Source: Candidatus Woesebacteria bacterium | Lineage (GTDB): Bacteria > Patescibacteriota > Microgenomatia > UBA8517 | DNA length: 64,000 bases | Reading direction: 5' to 3' | NCBI GenBank assembly: GCA_016432525.1 | Contig: CP066693.1 | Location: 224,815-288,814, forward strand | Shown here: positions 44,223 through 54,501 of the stretch, piece after piece | Layout: each line of letters begins with the position of its first letter | Position numbering within the stretch: the stretch's first letter is position 1 | Notes under the pieces: model-generated | Told to the model about the DNA's origin: nothing | Database searches by the model: none | The model's input: only the letters and a program-made list of their open reading frames with translations | Position numbers and translations under genes: made by a program

Positions 44223-46124
44223 ATGGGAAAAATAATTGGAATTGATTTAGGAACAACCAATAGCTGTGTAGCAGTAATGGAGGGTGGCTCACCCAAAGTT
44301 ATTCCAGCATCTGACACAGGTAGAAATATTACTCCTTCAGTTGTTGAGCCAATCAAAAATTTAGTTGGCGACGTTGCCAAACGTCAAATGGTTTTAAACT
44401 CCAAAAACACTGTTTATTCAGCAAAACGTCTTATGGGTCGAAGAATTGATGATAGCGAGGTTAAAAGAACTCAAAAAATGGTTCCTTACGAAATTGTTGC
44501 TGGCAAAAATAAAATGGCATCGATTGAAATCGAAGGCAAAACCTATACTCCCCAGGAAATTGCTGCTCGAGTTTTGATGAAACTCAAAAAAGATGCTGAG
44601 TCTTATTTAGGTTCCAAAGTAGATCAAGCTGTCATTACAGTACCTGCTTATTTTGACGATGCCCAAAGACAAGCAACAAAACAAGCTGGTGAAATTGCCG
44701 GCCTTAAAGTTGAGCGCATTATAAATGAACCAACAGCAGCGGCCCTGGCCTATGGTCTTGATAAGAAAAATGCCCACAAAATTGCTGTTTATGATTTAGG
44801 TGGAGGAACTTTTGATATCTCAATTTTAGAACTTGGTGATGGAGTTTTTGAAGTCAAATCCACAAATGGTGACACCCATTTAGGTGGAGATGATTTTGAC
44901 GAAGTTTTAGTTGATTACATTTGTGATGAATTCAAAAAAGATAACAGCGTTGATTTAAGAGCAGATAAACAAGCTCTTCAAAGAGTCAGAGATGCCGCAG
45001 AAAAAGCAAAAATTGAACTCTCCGCGGCCGATGAAGTTGAAATAAACCAGCCTTATATTACTCAGCAAAATGGCGCTCCTCTTCATTTGACCATGAAATT
45101 AACTCGAGCAAAACTTGAAAGCCTAGTTGATGAATTAATTCAAAAAACAATAAAGCCAGTTGAAGCAGCTCTCAAAGATGCAAAATTAGATCCACACGAT
45201 ATTAATGAAGTAGTTTTAGTTGGTGGTATGACTAGAATGCCAAAAGTAATTAAAGTAGTAAAAGAGTTCTTTGGCAAAGATCCAAATCAATCAGTAAATC
45301 CAGATGAAGTTGTCGCAATTGGTGCGGCAATTCAAGGTGGAGTATTAGGTGGAGAAGTTAAAGATATCTTACTTTTAGATGTTACTCCTCTAACTTTAGC
45401 AATTGAAACATTAGGCTCAGTTGCAACTCCTATGATCAAAAGAAATACAACTGTTCCAGCTTCAAAAACTGAAACTTTTTCAACAGCAGCTGATAATCAA
45501 ACTCAAGTTGAAATTCATGTAACTCAAGGCGAACGCCCAATGTCATCTGATAACAAAGATTTAGGACGCTTTGTTCTTGATGGCATTCCCCCAGCCTCTC
45601 GCGGAGTTCCTCAAATCGAAGTTACTTTTGATATTGATGCATCAGGAATACTTAAAGTTACAGCCAAAGATAAAGCAACTGGAAAAACCCAGCACATAAC
45701 AATATCTGGTGCAGTAGGGCTATCTGATGATGAAGTCAAAAGAATGCAGGAAGAAGCAGAAAAACATAAAGAGGAAGATCAGAAGAAAGCAGATGTTATA
45801 ACAGCCAAAAATCATGCTGACAATTTAATTGCAACAGCCGAAAAAGCTCTCAAAGACGCAGGTGACAAAGCGTCAAAAGATGTTAAAGAAAAAGTTGAAG
45901 AAAAAATAAAAGCATTAAAAGATGTTTTGGAAAAAGGTGACAAAAATGAAATTGAGACAAAAACAAAAGATCTTTCAGAAGAGCTTCAAAAAATAGGTGA
46001 GGCAATGTATAAACAAGAAAAACCAGGTGAAGAAGCAAAATCTGAAGAGAAAGACGATAAAGAGAATAAAAAAGAAGACAAAAAATCAGATGGCAAGGTC
46101 GAAGAAGGCGAAGTGGTTAGTTAA
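44223..46124 (+). CDS. dnaK: Chaperone DnaK (Hsp70)
   Basis: [34 protein letters not shown]. The ORF track's 44133 start is a no-stop extension; ATG 44223 with the canonical N-terminus is the true start. Confidence 0.9.
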   Translation: MGKIIGIDLGTTNSCVAVMEGGSPKVIPASDTGRNITPSVVEPIKNLVGDVAKRQMVLNSKNTVYSAKRLMGRRIDDSEVKRTQKMVPYEIVAGKNKMASIEIEGKTYTPQEIAARVLMKLKKDAESYLGSKVDQAVITVPAYFDDAQRQATKQAGEIAGLKVERIINEPTAAALAYGLDKKNAHKIAVYDLGGGTFDISILELGDGVFEVKSTNGDTHLGGDDFDEVLVDYICDEFKKDNSVDLRADKQALQRVRDAAEKAKIELSAADEVEINQPYITQQNGAPLHLTMKLTRAKLESLVDELIQKTIKPVEAALKDAKLDPHDINEVVLVGGMTRMPKVIKVVKEFFGKDPNQSVNPDEVVAIGAAIQGGVLGGEVKDILLLDVTPLTLAIETLGSVATPMIKRNTTVPASKTETFSTAADNQTQVEIHVTQGERPMSSDNKDLGRFVLDGIPPASRGVPQIEVTFDIDASGILKVTAKDKATGKTQHITISGAVGLSDDEVKRMQEEAEKHKEEDQKKADVITAKNHADNLIATAEKALKDAGDKASKDVKEKVEEKIKALKDVLEKGDKNEIETKTKDLSEELQKIGEAMYKQEKPGEEAKSEEKDDKENKKEDKKSDGKVEEGEVVS

Positions 46125-46146
46125 CTTCAACACTAATAAAAAAATT

Positions 46147-46202
46147 CACCCTCCCTTGCTGACTAATCATTTTTAAAATGATATCTGCCAACAGAGGGAG
46201 GG
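46147..46202. terminator. Bidirectional terminator: nested palindrome ACCCTCCCT...AATCATTTTTAAAATGAT...AGGGAGGGT
   Basis: 9-bp GC outer stem around an inner AT palindrome. A7 upstream and a U-rich tract downstream give terminator geometry on both strands between dnaK and the convergent gene. Confidence 0.5.
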
Positions 46203-46209
46203 TATTGGT

Positions 46210-46749
46210 TTATTCGCTAACTTCTTCTTCAAGTTTGAAGAAGAATCTCATAGCGCGAGCGACATGTTCCAGTTCTGATATCCTTAGCTTCATACTCCAA
46301 ACCAGATTTGGCTCCGCTCCCTCAAATATTCGAGCATTATAGTGGCACCCCCAGTGTGTAATATACATAATAGTCCATTCACCCCAGGTAGGAGCTGGCT
46401 TCAATTCGACTTTCATCTCTGCCACTATATGGAAGCAATTTACTCCATATTCCGTTACCCAGAAATGTGATTCTTCTGAATCTTTGATTTTCTTGAGTAG
46501 AGGAATTGCTTCAGTAAATGCTACCGCTTGGTCTGCGCTAGCAGACCAAACATATTCATATCCCCGAGAATCAATCAAAGGTTTGTCAAGTTCTATGTAG
46601 AATCCTGCAACATGGTGTTGTTGCTGTACTACGAACTTAATCCAATGATTACCGCGCCTTATGGTATAGCTCAGATCTAACACGAGATTCCTCCTGTCCA
46701 CCCGTCTAGTTAAGAGGGGTAGAGATACTAAAGGACGATAAGTTGTCAA
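46210..46749 (-). CDS. Hypothetical protein (locally GC-elevated ORF)
   Basis: 179 aa with no recognisable motif. Higher GC than the surrounding genes by eye. Confidence 0.45.
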   Translation of the reverse strand: MTTYRPLVSLPLLTRRVDRRNLVLDLSYTIRRGNHWIKFVVQQQHHVAGFYIELDKPLIDSRGYEYVWSASADQAVAFTEAIPLLKKIKDSEESHFWVTEYGVNCFHIVAEMKVELKPAPTWGEWTIMYITHWGCHYNARIFEGAEPNLVWSMKLRISELEHVARAMRFFFKLEEEVSE

Positions 46750-46823
46750 AGATCAAAATCTGATCTGATAGAATATATCACGACTTTTGATTTTTCTCGC
46801 CTCTTCCCTTAAAATACACAAAT

Positions 46824-47615
46824 ATGGAAAAAAGTAAAGTTTTAATTCATGTTCCAAATAAAGATAATCCAATACTTCAAAAGGTAATTAATCTTATAAA
46901 TGAAAACAAAGAAGTTCAAACCCTTTGGAAAGTAAACAACATTAACGCAATTGATCGTCTTGGAATGAGTGACCATGGCCCAGTTCATTTTCAGATTGTT
47001 GCCAACTCAGCCATTCGTATTGCCCGACTTCTTAAAGAGGCAGACGTCAAATTCTCTTTAAAAAAAGACTACAATTTAGATTTTAATTATTCAGAACTAG
47101 TCATTTTTCTTGCAAGCATTTTCCACGACTTGGGAATCTCAATCCACAGAGATGGCCACGAAGAATTTAGTTTATTTTTAGCCAATAACTTACTTCGCGA
47201 AATTCTTTCATTTTTAGATGTTGAAGAGCGCGTAATAGTAACATCTGAAACTCTTCATGCAATCATCTCTCACAGAAGTGGAGGAAAACCTCTTACAATT
47301 GAAGCTGGAATCGTCAGAATTGCGGATGCTTTGGATATGACCAAGGGTCGTGCCAGAATTCCATATGAACTAGGGAATGTAAATATTCATTCAATATCGG
47401 GAGCTGCAATCGATGATATTGAAATCAAAAAAGGAGAGAAAAAACCAGTTCAGATAAATATTACTATGAATAATTCAGCAGGTATTTTCCAAATCGACGA
47501 CCTTTTAAATAGCAAATTAATGGGATCTGGCATTGAAAAATATGTATCAGTCAACGCCTTCATTAAAAGAAAAACAGAAAAAAAGCTCCTTCAGGAATTT
47601 GTTATTGAAAGATAA
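46824..47615 (+). CDS. HD-domain phosphohydrolase
   Basis: 263 aa. H...HFQ, FHDLG (HD), H and D blocks in the HD superfamily arrangement. Confidence 0.7.
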   Translation: MEKSKVLIHVPNKDNPILQKVINLINENKEVQTLWKVNNINAIDRLGMSDHGPVHFQIVANSAIRIARLLKEADVKFSLKKDYNLDFNYSELVIFLASIFHDLGISIHRDGHEEFSLFLANNLLREILSFLDVEERVIVTSETLHAIISHRSGGKPLTIEAGIVRIADALDMTKGRARIPYELGNVNIHSISGAAIDDIEIKKGEKKPVQINITMNNSAGIFQIDDLLNSKLMGSGIEKYVSVNAFIKRKTEKKLLQEFVIER

Positions 47616-47678
47616 TTTTTATTGACACCTCATGAAAAGTCTGCCATTCTTATTTATAAGAATTGGTGGTGAAAAATC

Positions 47679-48215
47679 ATGGTTAAGAAAAATTTAGGAA
47701 ATCTGCCCAGCAACTTAATGATAGGTCTTCTTGCAGCATCTATAGCCATTTTAGCTTTGGTGATAGCATTAAGATTTCAAAACATTAAAACTGCTTTCAG
47801 TGCAGGAGGCTTTGATCAATTTGGATATAATTATCAAGCAAGAATTTTTAGCGGTTTAGCTGATGGAGTCGACAAAAATTTAGATGGTAAAGTTTGGGGA
47901 GATCCAACTTATGCCAAAGATCATCTAGTTATGAAATGGTCTAAAGCATGGAATGATGCAAGATTTAACGGTGCCTCTTGGACGCCTGATGCCTATGAGG
48001 ACAATGAATGGAATGGAAAAGTTCCAGGTGGAAGCGGTGAAGTCTGGCATTATAAAATTGTCTGGGTAGGTCCAGAACTAGAAAAAAGCCAATATTGGCG
48101 AACGGGTGGTTATGCAATTTGGGGACAATTTGAAGTAATAATGGATCAAGGCTCTGTTGCTAATGAACATTTTTGGAATGCACATAGCTCGCCAAACGGC
48201 TACGGGATATATTAA
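47679..48215 (+). CDS. Secreted/anchored Trp-rich hypothetical protein
   Basis: 178 aa. N-terminal TM/signal, then an aromatic-rich domain. Confidence 0.45.
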   Translation: MVKKNLGNLPSNLMIGLLAASIAILALVIALRFQNIKTAFSAGGFDQFGYNYQARIFSGLADGVDKNLDGKVWGDPTYAKDHLVMKWSKAWNDARFNGASWTPDAYEDNEWNGKVPGGSGEVWHYKIVWVGPELEKSQYWRTGGYAIWGQFEVIMDQGSVANEHFWNAHSSPNGYGIY

Positions 48216-48303
48216 AAAGCTTTTCAAAGGATTTGTTATTGAAAGATAAAAATCTGAAAGTGAGATATGCTTAAGGTAAGAATACCTCACTTCCTTATAT
48301 TAC

Positions 48304-48576
48304 TTAGCGTTCAACCCATTGATATGGTTTTGTATTTCCTCTTAAAAACATCCATGAAATTGGTAGTAAACTCAAAATTGTAATTATTGACCAAAAGATG
48401 AGCTGCCCCAAAGAACTATGGTTCATTAAAGGCCAGTACCCCAAATATGCTTCTCCAAAAATTACCCCATAATATATGCAAGAAAAGGACATCACGATTA
48501 TAATCTTCTCATGTGCAATTTGATTGCACTTCCGTTTGATTTCGTTGGCTGCCCCCTTGGAAATACCTGTAATCAT
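48304..48576 (-). CDS. Small membrane protein (hypothetical)
   Basis: 90 aa with two or three TM helices. Confidence 0.4.
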   Translation of the reverse strand: MITGISKGAANEIKRKCNQIAHEKIIIVMSFSCIYYGVIFGEAYLGYWPLMNHSSLGQLIFWSIITILSLLPISWMFLRGNTKPYQWVER

Positions 48577-48666
48577 TTAAGCCTCCATATGAAATTGAGT
48601 TAACGAACTGTAACATTATTATAAGATAAGCTTGATATTTTGTACAGAATTAGCAATAATACTACC

Positions 48667-49521
48667 ATGAGTGCTAATTATTACGACACATTAGGAGTTA
48701 CAAAAGAAGCAACTGATGCCGAAATCAAATCAGCTTACAGACGAGAGGCTCTAAAATGGCATCCTGATCGCCACACCAGTGGAGATAAAACCGAAGCAGA
48801 AAAGCGCTTTAAAGAAATAAACGAAGCCTACCAAGTTCTATCAGATCCACAAAAAAAATCTCAATACGATCAATTTGGATCTGTTGGAAGTACTGCCTCG
48901 GGAAATCCTTTCTCAGGAGGATTTTCTGGCCAACAAGGTCCTTTCACTTATACTTACACAAATCAAGGTGGAGCAAACCCTTTTGGCAATTTTGATTTTG
49001 GCGACCCTTTTGATATTTTTGAAACCTTTTTTGGAGGAGGTTTTGGTCGTCGCTCTCCTCGCCTTCCTCAATATTCCATTCAAATTGAATTTATGGATGC
49101 AATAGAAGGAGTTGAAAAAGAAGTAAAAATTGAAGGTAAAAAAAGAAAAATAAAAATTCCAAGAGGAGTCGAAGATGGCACTCGCATTAACTTTAAAGAT
49201 TTTATTCTGACAATTAAAGTTAAGCCCGATAAGCTTTTCAAACGTGACGGCGCAGATATTTATTTAAATTTAAACATTCCATATTCCTTAGCTGTTTTTG
49301 GTGGAAACATAGAAGTTCCAACAGTTAGAAAAGAGGTAAAAATCAAAATCAGGCCAGGCACTCAGCCAGGTTCAATGCTTCGCTTAAAAGGCGAAGGTAC
49401 TCCTATTCTTAATAGTAGAAGCTATGGTGATCAGTATATAAAAATAAACATTGAAGTCCCGGAGCATTTGTCTCGTTCTCAAAGACAGGCAATTGAAGAT
49501 TTAAAATCAGAAGGACTATAA
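48667..49521 (+). CDS. DnaJ-family co-chaperone lacking the zinc-finger (class B/CbpA-like)
   Basis: J-domain YYDTLGV...HPDRH, a G/F-rich region, and a C-terminal substrate-binding domain, with no CxxCxGxG repeats. The start is taken at the Met preceding the J-domain; the ORF track starts at 48640. Confidence 0.75.
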   Translation: MSANYYDTLGVTKEATDAEIKSAYRREALKWHPDRHTSGDKTEAEKRFKEINEAYQVLSDPQKKSQYDQFGSVGSTASGNPFSGGFSGQQGPFTYTYTNQGGANPFGNFDFGDPFDIFETFFGGGFGRRSPRLPQYSIQIEFMDAIEGVEKEVKIEGKKRKIKIPRGVEDGTRINFKDFILTIKVKPDKLFKRDGADIYLNLNIPYSLAVFGGNIEVPTVRKEVKIKIRPGTQPGSMLRLKGEGTPILNSRSYGDQYIKINIEVPEHLSRSQRQAIEDLKSEGL

Positions 49522-49550
49522 ATTTATAATCCTTCTGAATTAGGAAAACT

Positions 49551-49985
49551 CTACATCAATTTGAAAGCCTCCTTTAATATCTCCAAAGTGCTTTCCACAG
49601 GAAAAAGCCAAAGTTGATATCGAATGACAATTCTAGGTTGACCAAATTCGACATGAGCTTGAACAGAGAATAAAGTTCCACGCTCAAAAGACTCTCTAGC
49701 CCAACCTTCAAAGTTTGCCGCAAGCCTCTCAATATCATTGATCCCAATCAGATCTTTATGAATATAAACCTCATGAACCTCTCCATTTTCGTTCGTCCTC
49801 TTGAGTATGAAGAACTTTTTCTTCCGTCGTTTGTAATCATCTGAATATAATCTTTCCGAAACATACTTGGCCACGATATCCTGCAGGTTCTCAGAATCAT
49901 AACCCAAATGATCTACATTCATCTTATTCCTCTTTCTTAAAATGTGCTTATCTTTCGATACTAAAATTATCCCATATTCTGTCAA
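49551..49985 (-). CDS. Hypothetical protein
   Basis: 144 aa with no recognisable motif. Confidence 0.4.
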   Translation of the reverse strand: MTEYGIILVSKDKHILRKRNKMNVDHLGYDSENLQDIVAKYVSERLYSDDYKRRKKKFFILKRTNENGEVHEVYIHKDLIGINDIERLAANFEGWARESFERGTLFSVQAHVEFGQPRIVIRYQLWLFPVESTLEILKEAFKLM

Positions 49986-49989
49986 CAGT

Positions 49990-50066
49990 TTGACTCCTAT
50001 ATTTCAAAGTAGTAAACTTCATCTAGATCGAATACATGAGGTGGGTTATAGCCCGCCTTTTTTTTT
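49990..50066 (+). promoter_or_regulatory. Promoter (TTGACT-N17-TAAACT) followed by an intrinsic terminator hairpin with T9, abutting the nusA start: candidate leader attenuator
   Basis: -35 at 49990-49995 and -10 at 50013-50018. Hairpin GGUGGG-UUAUAG-CCCGCC at 50040-50057, then nine T at 50058-50066. The nusA ATG is at 50073. Confidence 0.45.
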
Positions 50067-50072
50067 AACAAT

Positions 50073-51092
50073 ATGCCAAGACAAGTAGCCAGAACAGAAT
50101 TTGCCCAAGCACTAAAGGCTCTCGCAACCGAAAGAGGGCTAGATCCTAATGTCATCATCGAAACCACTCAAAGAGCAATTGAAGCAGCTTTCCGCCGTGA
50201 TGCTCGTGATCGTGGAGAAGATTATGATGAGCAGGAAGTTTTAGCCGAAATGAATAATGTCACAGGCGAAACAAAAATTTTTGCCTGGCCAAAAGAGCAT
50301 CCAGAAGAAAAAAAGGATGTAACTCCTCCAGGTTTTGGTCGAATTGCAGCTCAAACAGCAAAGCAGGTAATTCATCAAAAAATCCGTGAGGCCGAAAAAG
50401 AAAGTGTTATGGATGAATTTTCAGGACGTGTTGGAAACCTAATCTCTGGAATGATTTTAAGATTTGATGGAGCCTCAGTTCGTGTAGATATTGGTAAAAC
50501 CGAAGGCTTAATGCCAGCCGAAGAGCGCATTCACGACGAGCGCCTTGCCTTAAACCAACGTCTAACCTTCCTTCTAAAAGGAATTGAAGATACTCCTCGT
50601 GGAAAACAAATTATTTTGTCACGAGCAGATTCACAATTTGTAATAAAACTTTTTGCTCGTGAAGTACCAGAAATTGGTTCAGGCAGTGTTGAAATTAAAG
50701 GAATTGCTCGTGAAGCTGGCGCTCGAACCAAAATTGCTGTTGCCTCATCTCAATCTGGTGTTGATCCAGTAGGAAGCTGTGTTGGACAAAAAGGAGTTCG
50801 AGTTCAAGCAGTTACAAATGAGTTGGGAGGCGAACGTGTTGATATTATTCCTTGGACAGAAAACCAATCTGAATTCATAAAAGGCTCTCTCTCGCCCGTT
50901 GAAATAGTAAACATTGCACTCGATGAGGAAGGTAGGAAAGCCAAGGTTACAGTGCCAGAAACCCAACTTTCTCTTGCAATTGGAAAAGACGGTCAAAATG
51001 TGAGATTGGCTAGTAAATTAACAGGTTGGACTATTGATATTGATGGCGCGCCAGTTGTTGTTTCAAAGGATTCACAGTCAAATGAATCTTAA
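50073..51092 (+). CDS. nusA: Transcription termination/antitermination factor NusA
   Basis: 339 aa. N-terminal domain, S1 and two KH domains (GSCVGQKGVRVQAV, IALGKDGQNVRLAS). Confidence 0.9.
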   Translation: MPRQVARTEFAQALKALATERGLDPNVIIETTQRAIEAAFRRDARDRGEDYDEQEVLAEMNNVTGETKIFAWPKEHPEEKKDVTPPGFGRIAAQTAKQVIHQKIREAEKESVMDEFSGRVGNLISGMILRFDGASVRVDIGKTEGLMPAEERIHDERLALNQRLTFLLKGIEDTPRGKQIILSRADSQFVIKLFAREVPEIGSGSVEIKGIAREAGARTKIAVASSQSGVDPVGSCVGQKGVRVQAVTNELGGERVDIIPWTENQSEFIKGSLSPVEIVNIALDEEGRKAKVTVPETQLSLAIGKDGQNVRLASKLTGWTIDIDGAPVVVSKDSQSNES

Positions 51093-51103
51093 TATGTTTA
51101 CTT

Positions 51104-52492
51104 ATGCAAAAAACAGCCTCGAGACCTCCAGTTATTGCAGTTTTGGGCCATGTGGATCATGGTAAAACTACGCTGCTTGATAAAATAAGAAAAACCAATA
51201 TAGCCTCTCGTGAAGCAGGTGGAATCACACAATCAATAGGAGCCTGTGTTGTCAAAACAAAAGAAGATGAAAATATTACTTTTATAGATACTCCTGGTCA
51301 CGCTGCATTCACAAAAATGAGAAGTAGGGGCACGCTGGCCGCTGATATCGCAATTCTGGTTGTTGCCGCAGATGATGGAGTTATGCCTCAGACAAAAGAA
51401 GCTCTTCAAATTATTCGCGATTCTAAAGTGCCTTTCTTGATTGCAATAACAAAAATAGACTTACCCTCAGCAAATGTAGAAAATGCTCTAGTCTCGCTTG
51501 AAAAAGAAGGAGTTTTTTTTGAAAAAAGAGGAGGAGATACACCTTTTGCAGAAGTTTCAGGAAAAACAGGCAAGGGAGTTGACGAACTTCTTGAGCTTTT
51601 AAGTTTAATCTGGCAAGTAAATGAATCAAAATCGACATCTCCAAATCTTTCTGCAATTGTTATTGAATCAGAAAAAGGAAAAGGCGGTGTGGTTGCAACA
51701 GTTATTGTAAAAGAAGGTTCCTTAAAAGTTGGTCAACAAATTTCAAACGATAAAATGACCTGTAAAGTAAGAGGACTTTTCGACGAAAATCAAAAATCCA
51801 TAAAAGAAGTACTTCCCGGCTTTCCAGCTCAAATTTTAGGTTTTGATGAGAGCCCTCAAGTAGGGTCAATTATTCACGAAGGCGTAAAAGTTGCTTCTTC
51901 TCTAGTCTCAAAAATTGAAAACAAACTTGTTGAAAATAAACTATCAATTTTTGTTAAGGCCAAAAAAGATGGGAATCTTGAGGCTCTTTTAAACAGCATT
52001 CCCGACAATTTTCAGGTAATTGGATCAGGTGTTGGAGATGTAACTCAGTCAGATATTACGCTTGCAAAATCAGCTGGAGCTTTAGGAATTTTCACTTTTG
52101 AATCAAAAGCATCTCCACAGGTAGCTAAACTTGCAGAATCAGATGGTGTAAATATCTACTCATTTAGAATTATTTACGAACTTTTAAAAAAATTAGAAGA
52201 ACTTGGGAAAACAGATACAAAGCAAATCCTAGGGAAAGCCGAAATTCGTGCAATATTTCCATTTGATGGCAAACGAGTTGCAGGAGTCAAAATTTCTTTA
52301 GGCAAATTTACAAAAAATATTAAAACTAATTTAATGCGAAAAGAGGAAAAGATAGCCGAAGTTAGAATCGTGTCTCTAAGGAAACAAAAAGAAGAAGTTT
52401 CTGAGCTCAAAGAAGGCGAAGTTGGTGGAATCCTTTTCGTTCCGCAGCTTGATTTCGCTATAGATGATGTGTTACTATCGCTTGAAAAATAA
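51104..52492 (+). CDS. infB: Translation initiation factor IF-2 (short form)
   Basis: 462 aa. VIAVLGHVDHGKTTLLD, DTPGH, and TKID GTPase motifs plus domain II/C-terminal domains. There is no long N-terminal extension. Confidence 0.9.
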   Translation: MQKTASRPPVIAVLGHVDHGKTTLLDKIRKTNIASREAGGITQSIGACVVKTKEDENITFIDTPGHAAFTKMRSRGTLAADIAILVVAADDGVMPQTKEALQIIRDSKVPFLIAITKIDLPSANVENALVSLEKEGVFFEKRGGDTPFAEVSGKTGKGVDELLELLSLIWQVNESKSTSPNLSAIVIESEKGKGGVVATVIVKEGSLKVGQQISNDKMTCKVRGLFDENQKSIKEVLPGFPAQILGFDESPQVGSIIHEGVKVASSLVSKIENKLVENKLSIFVKAKKDGNLEALLNSIPDNFQVIGSGVGDVTQSDITLAKSAGALGIFTFESKASPQVAKLAESDGVNIYSFRIIYELLKKLEELGKTDTKQILGKAEIRAIFPFDGKRVAGVKISLGKFTKNIKTNLMRKEEKIAEVRIVSLRKQKEEVSELKEGEVGGILFVPQLDFAIDDVLLSLEK

Positions 52493-53341
52493 ATGCAAAA
52501 TTCATTTAATAAAATTTTAGAGTCAACAAACGCAAAATCTATCGTAATTCTTCTTCCAACAAATCCATATTTTGACCAGGTAGCGGCAGGATTATCTCTT
52601 TACCTTTCTCTAAAAGACAAATTTGATGTATCAATAGCATCTCCTTCTCCGATGCTCGTCGAATTTAATCGTCTTGTATCAGTTGATAAAATAAAAACTG
52701 AACTTGGAAATAAAAATCTCATTATAAAATTTTCAAATTATGATGCAGAAAATATTGACCGGGTTTCTTTTGACGTCGAAGGAAAAGTGGCTTACTTAAA
52801 AGTAATCCCCAAGCCATCATTTGCTCCTCCTAAAAAAGAACAAATTGAGGCTCAATACTCAGGTGTCTTAGCTGACCTCGCAATCTTAATTGGCGGTGGC
52901 TCTGAAATCCATTTTCCAGCCATAAACACAAAAGATTTTTTGGATGTAAAACTTGTTCATGTTGGGATTCGTGAATTAAGATTAAATGAAGGTCGCGAAG
53001 TAATTTCCTTTGCTCGCCAAGCCTCATCAATTTCAGAACTTGTAGCCAATTTAATCAAAGAAAATGAGTTGAAATTAAATGAGGATATATCAAGCAATTT
53101 GTTAATGGGAATTGAAGAAGGAACCAGAAATTTCACTGGCATTGATGTGACAGCAGATACATTTTTAACCTTTGGTCAATTGATGAAAGCAGGAGGTAAA
53201 AGAATGCAAAAAGTAAGCGAAAGAGAAAGAAAAAGCTTTCCTCCTGGATCAATTCCTGGTGAGCCGCCAAAACCACAGTCTCCTCAAGCTCCAAAATCTT
53301 GGTACGAGCCAAAAATCTTCAAAGGCACCTCAGTAAGTTGA
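52493..53341 (+). CDS. Hypothetical protein; possibly a degenerate DHH/NrnA-like protein
   Basis: 282 aa. The N-terminal IVILLPTNPYFDQVAAGLSL is laid out like the NrnA motif I region but lacks the catalytic His/Asp residues. Pro-rich C-terminus. Confidence 0.3.
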   Translation: MQNSFNKILESTNAKSIVILLPTNPYFDQVAAGLSLYLSLKDKFDVSIASPSPMLVEFNRLVSVDKIKTELGNKNLIIKFSNYDAENIDRVSFDVEGKVAYLKVIPKPSFAPPKKEQIEAQYSGVLADLAILIGGGSEIHFPAINTKDFLDVKLVHVGIRELRLNEGREVISFARQASSISELVANLIKENELKLNEDISSNLLMGIEEGTRNFTGIDVTADTFLTFGQLMKAGGKRMQKVSERERKSFPPGSIPGEPPKPQSPQAPKSWYEPKIFKGTSVS

Positions 53342-54370
53342 TTTTAAATATTTATCAAAAAAAGCCAAAGACCTCTCCATTGCTACATTAAATGAAGCGC
53401 CAGATATATTATGATCAGCTCCTGAATAGGTATAAAATTCAACAGTTTTATTTAAAGCCTTAAATCTATCGTAAAGTCCTTGAGAAAATAGATATGGCAC
53501 CTCCTCATCAGAAAGCCCAGCGTGAAGCTGAACTGGGGTAGTTATGTCAGACAAATAATAATTTGGATCAATCGAATGCCAAAAGTCAGGATTTTCAGAT
53601 AAACTTCCATATTTATTGATTAAATTAGATCTACTTCTGTTTCTTAAGGAAAGCTCACGAGGTGATGGTCTATAAGGCACTTTTCTTTGCCAATTGTTCA
53701 TCAAATCATCATATGTTCCTACAACTCCTCCCCAAATAACCGCCACTTTTATATCACTTGTGTTAACTGCAATATTTCTTAAAGTTATATTTCCACCCAT
53801 TGAGTGCCCCCACATTCCAATTTTATTTGGATTGACGTCTTTATATTTTTTAAGCGACGCAACAGCGTTTAATACATCAGTGGCATACGCTTTTGAATAA
53901 TACGCGCCTTCTGGCTCTCCCTCAGAATTTCCATTTCCTCGATAATCAGATTTAAAAACTATATAATTATTTCTCGCAAAATAATCAACATAGGCAACAT
54001 ATCGCTCAGTTGTCTTATATTGCTCTGGTGGAATATATCCATGATTAAAAATAATAACAGGCCAGCCTCCAGTTGGTTTTTCTCCCAAAGGTACAGTCAA
54101 AAGACCATAAATTTTAAGCCCCTCAGATTTATAAGAAGAAATATACTGCCTATATGTCGAAGTTGAGTCTAAAGTTTGCTCTATTACAAGATCAGATCCA
54201 GGATATGTATCTGCCCGCATTGCCTGAATTGTTAAAGAATCAAGGCTCTTTTGAGAAGCCAAATTCTGGACAATTCCTTTTGAAGCCATATTTGAGCTTT
54301 TCTTTGTTATGACCAAAAAAACAATAAGTCCGAAAATAACAACAAAAATTCCTAAAATTATTTTCTTCAT
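53330..54370 (-). CDS. Alpha/beta hydrolase (S9 prolyl-oligopeptidase/dienelactone-hydrolase-like), membrane anchored
   Basis: 346 aa. N-terminal TM, nucleophile elbow GHSMGG, and downstream D and H positions. Confidence 0.7.
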   Translation of the reverse strand: MKKIILGIFVVIFGLIVFLVITKKSSNMASKGIVQNLASQKSLDSLTIQAMRADTYPGSDLVIEQTLDSTSTYRQYISSYKSEGLKIYGLLTVPLGEKPTGGWPVIIFNHGYIPPEQYKTTERYVAYVDYFARNNYIVFKSDYRGNGNSEGEPEGAYYSKAYATDVLNAVASLKKYKDVNPNKIGMWGHSMGGNITLRNIAVNTSDIKVAVIWGGVVGTYDDLMNNWQRKVPYRPSPRELSLRNRSRSNLINKYGSLSENPDFWHSIDPNYYLSDITTPVQLHAGLSDEEVPYLFSQGLYDRFKALNKTVEFYTYSGADHNISGASFNVAMERSLAFFDKYLKSTY

Positions 54371-54501
54371 TTTATAAATATATCATCAAATATTTCTGAA
54401 ATCTTGCTTTAAGATAATCTCCCTGCTATACTACCCATTGATGAACTTTCAGTTTAAGGTAATGTTCCTTTTACTTAAAGTTGCATGACGAAAGAAAAAC
54501 G

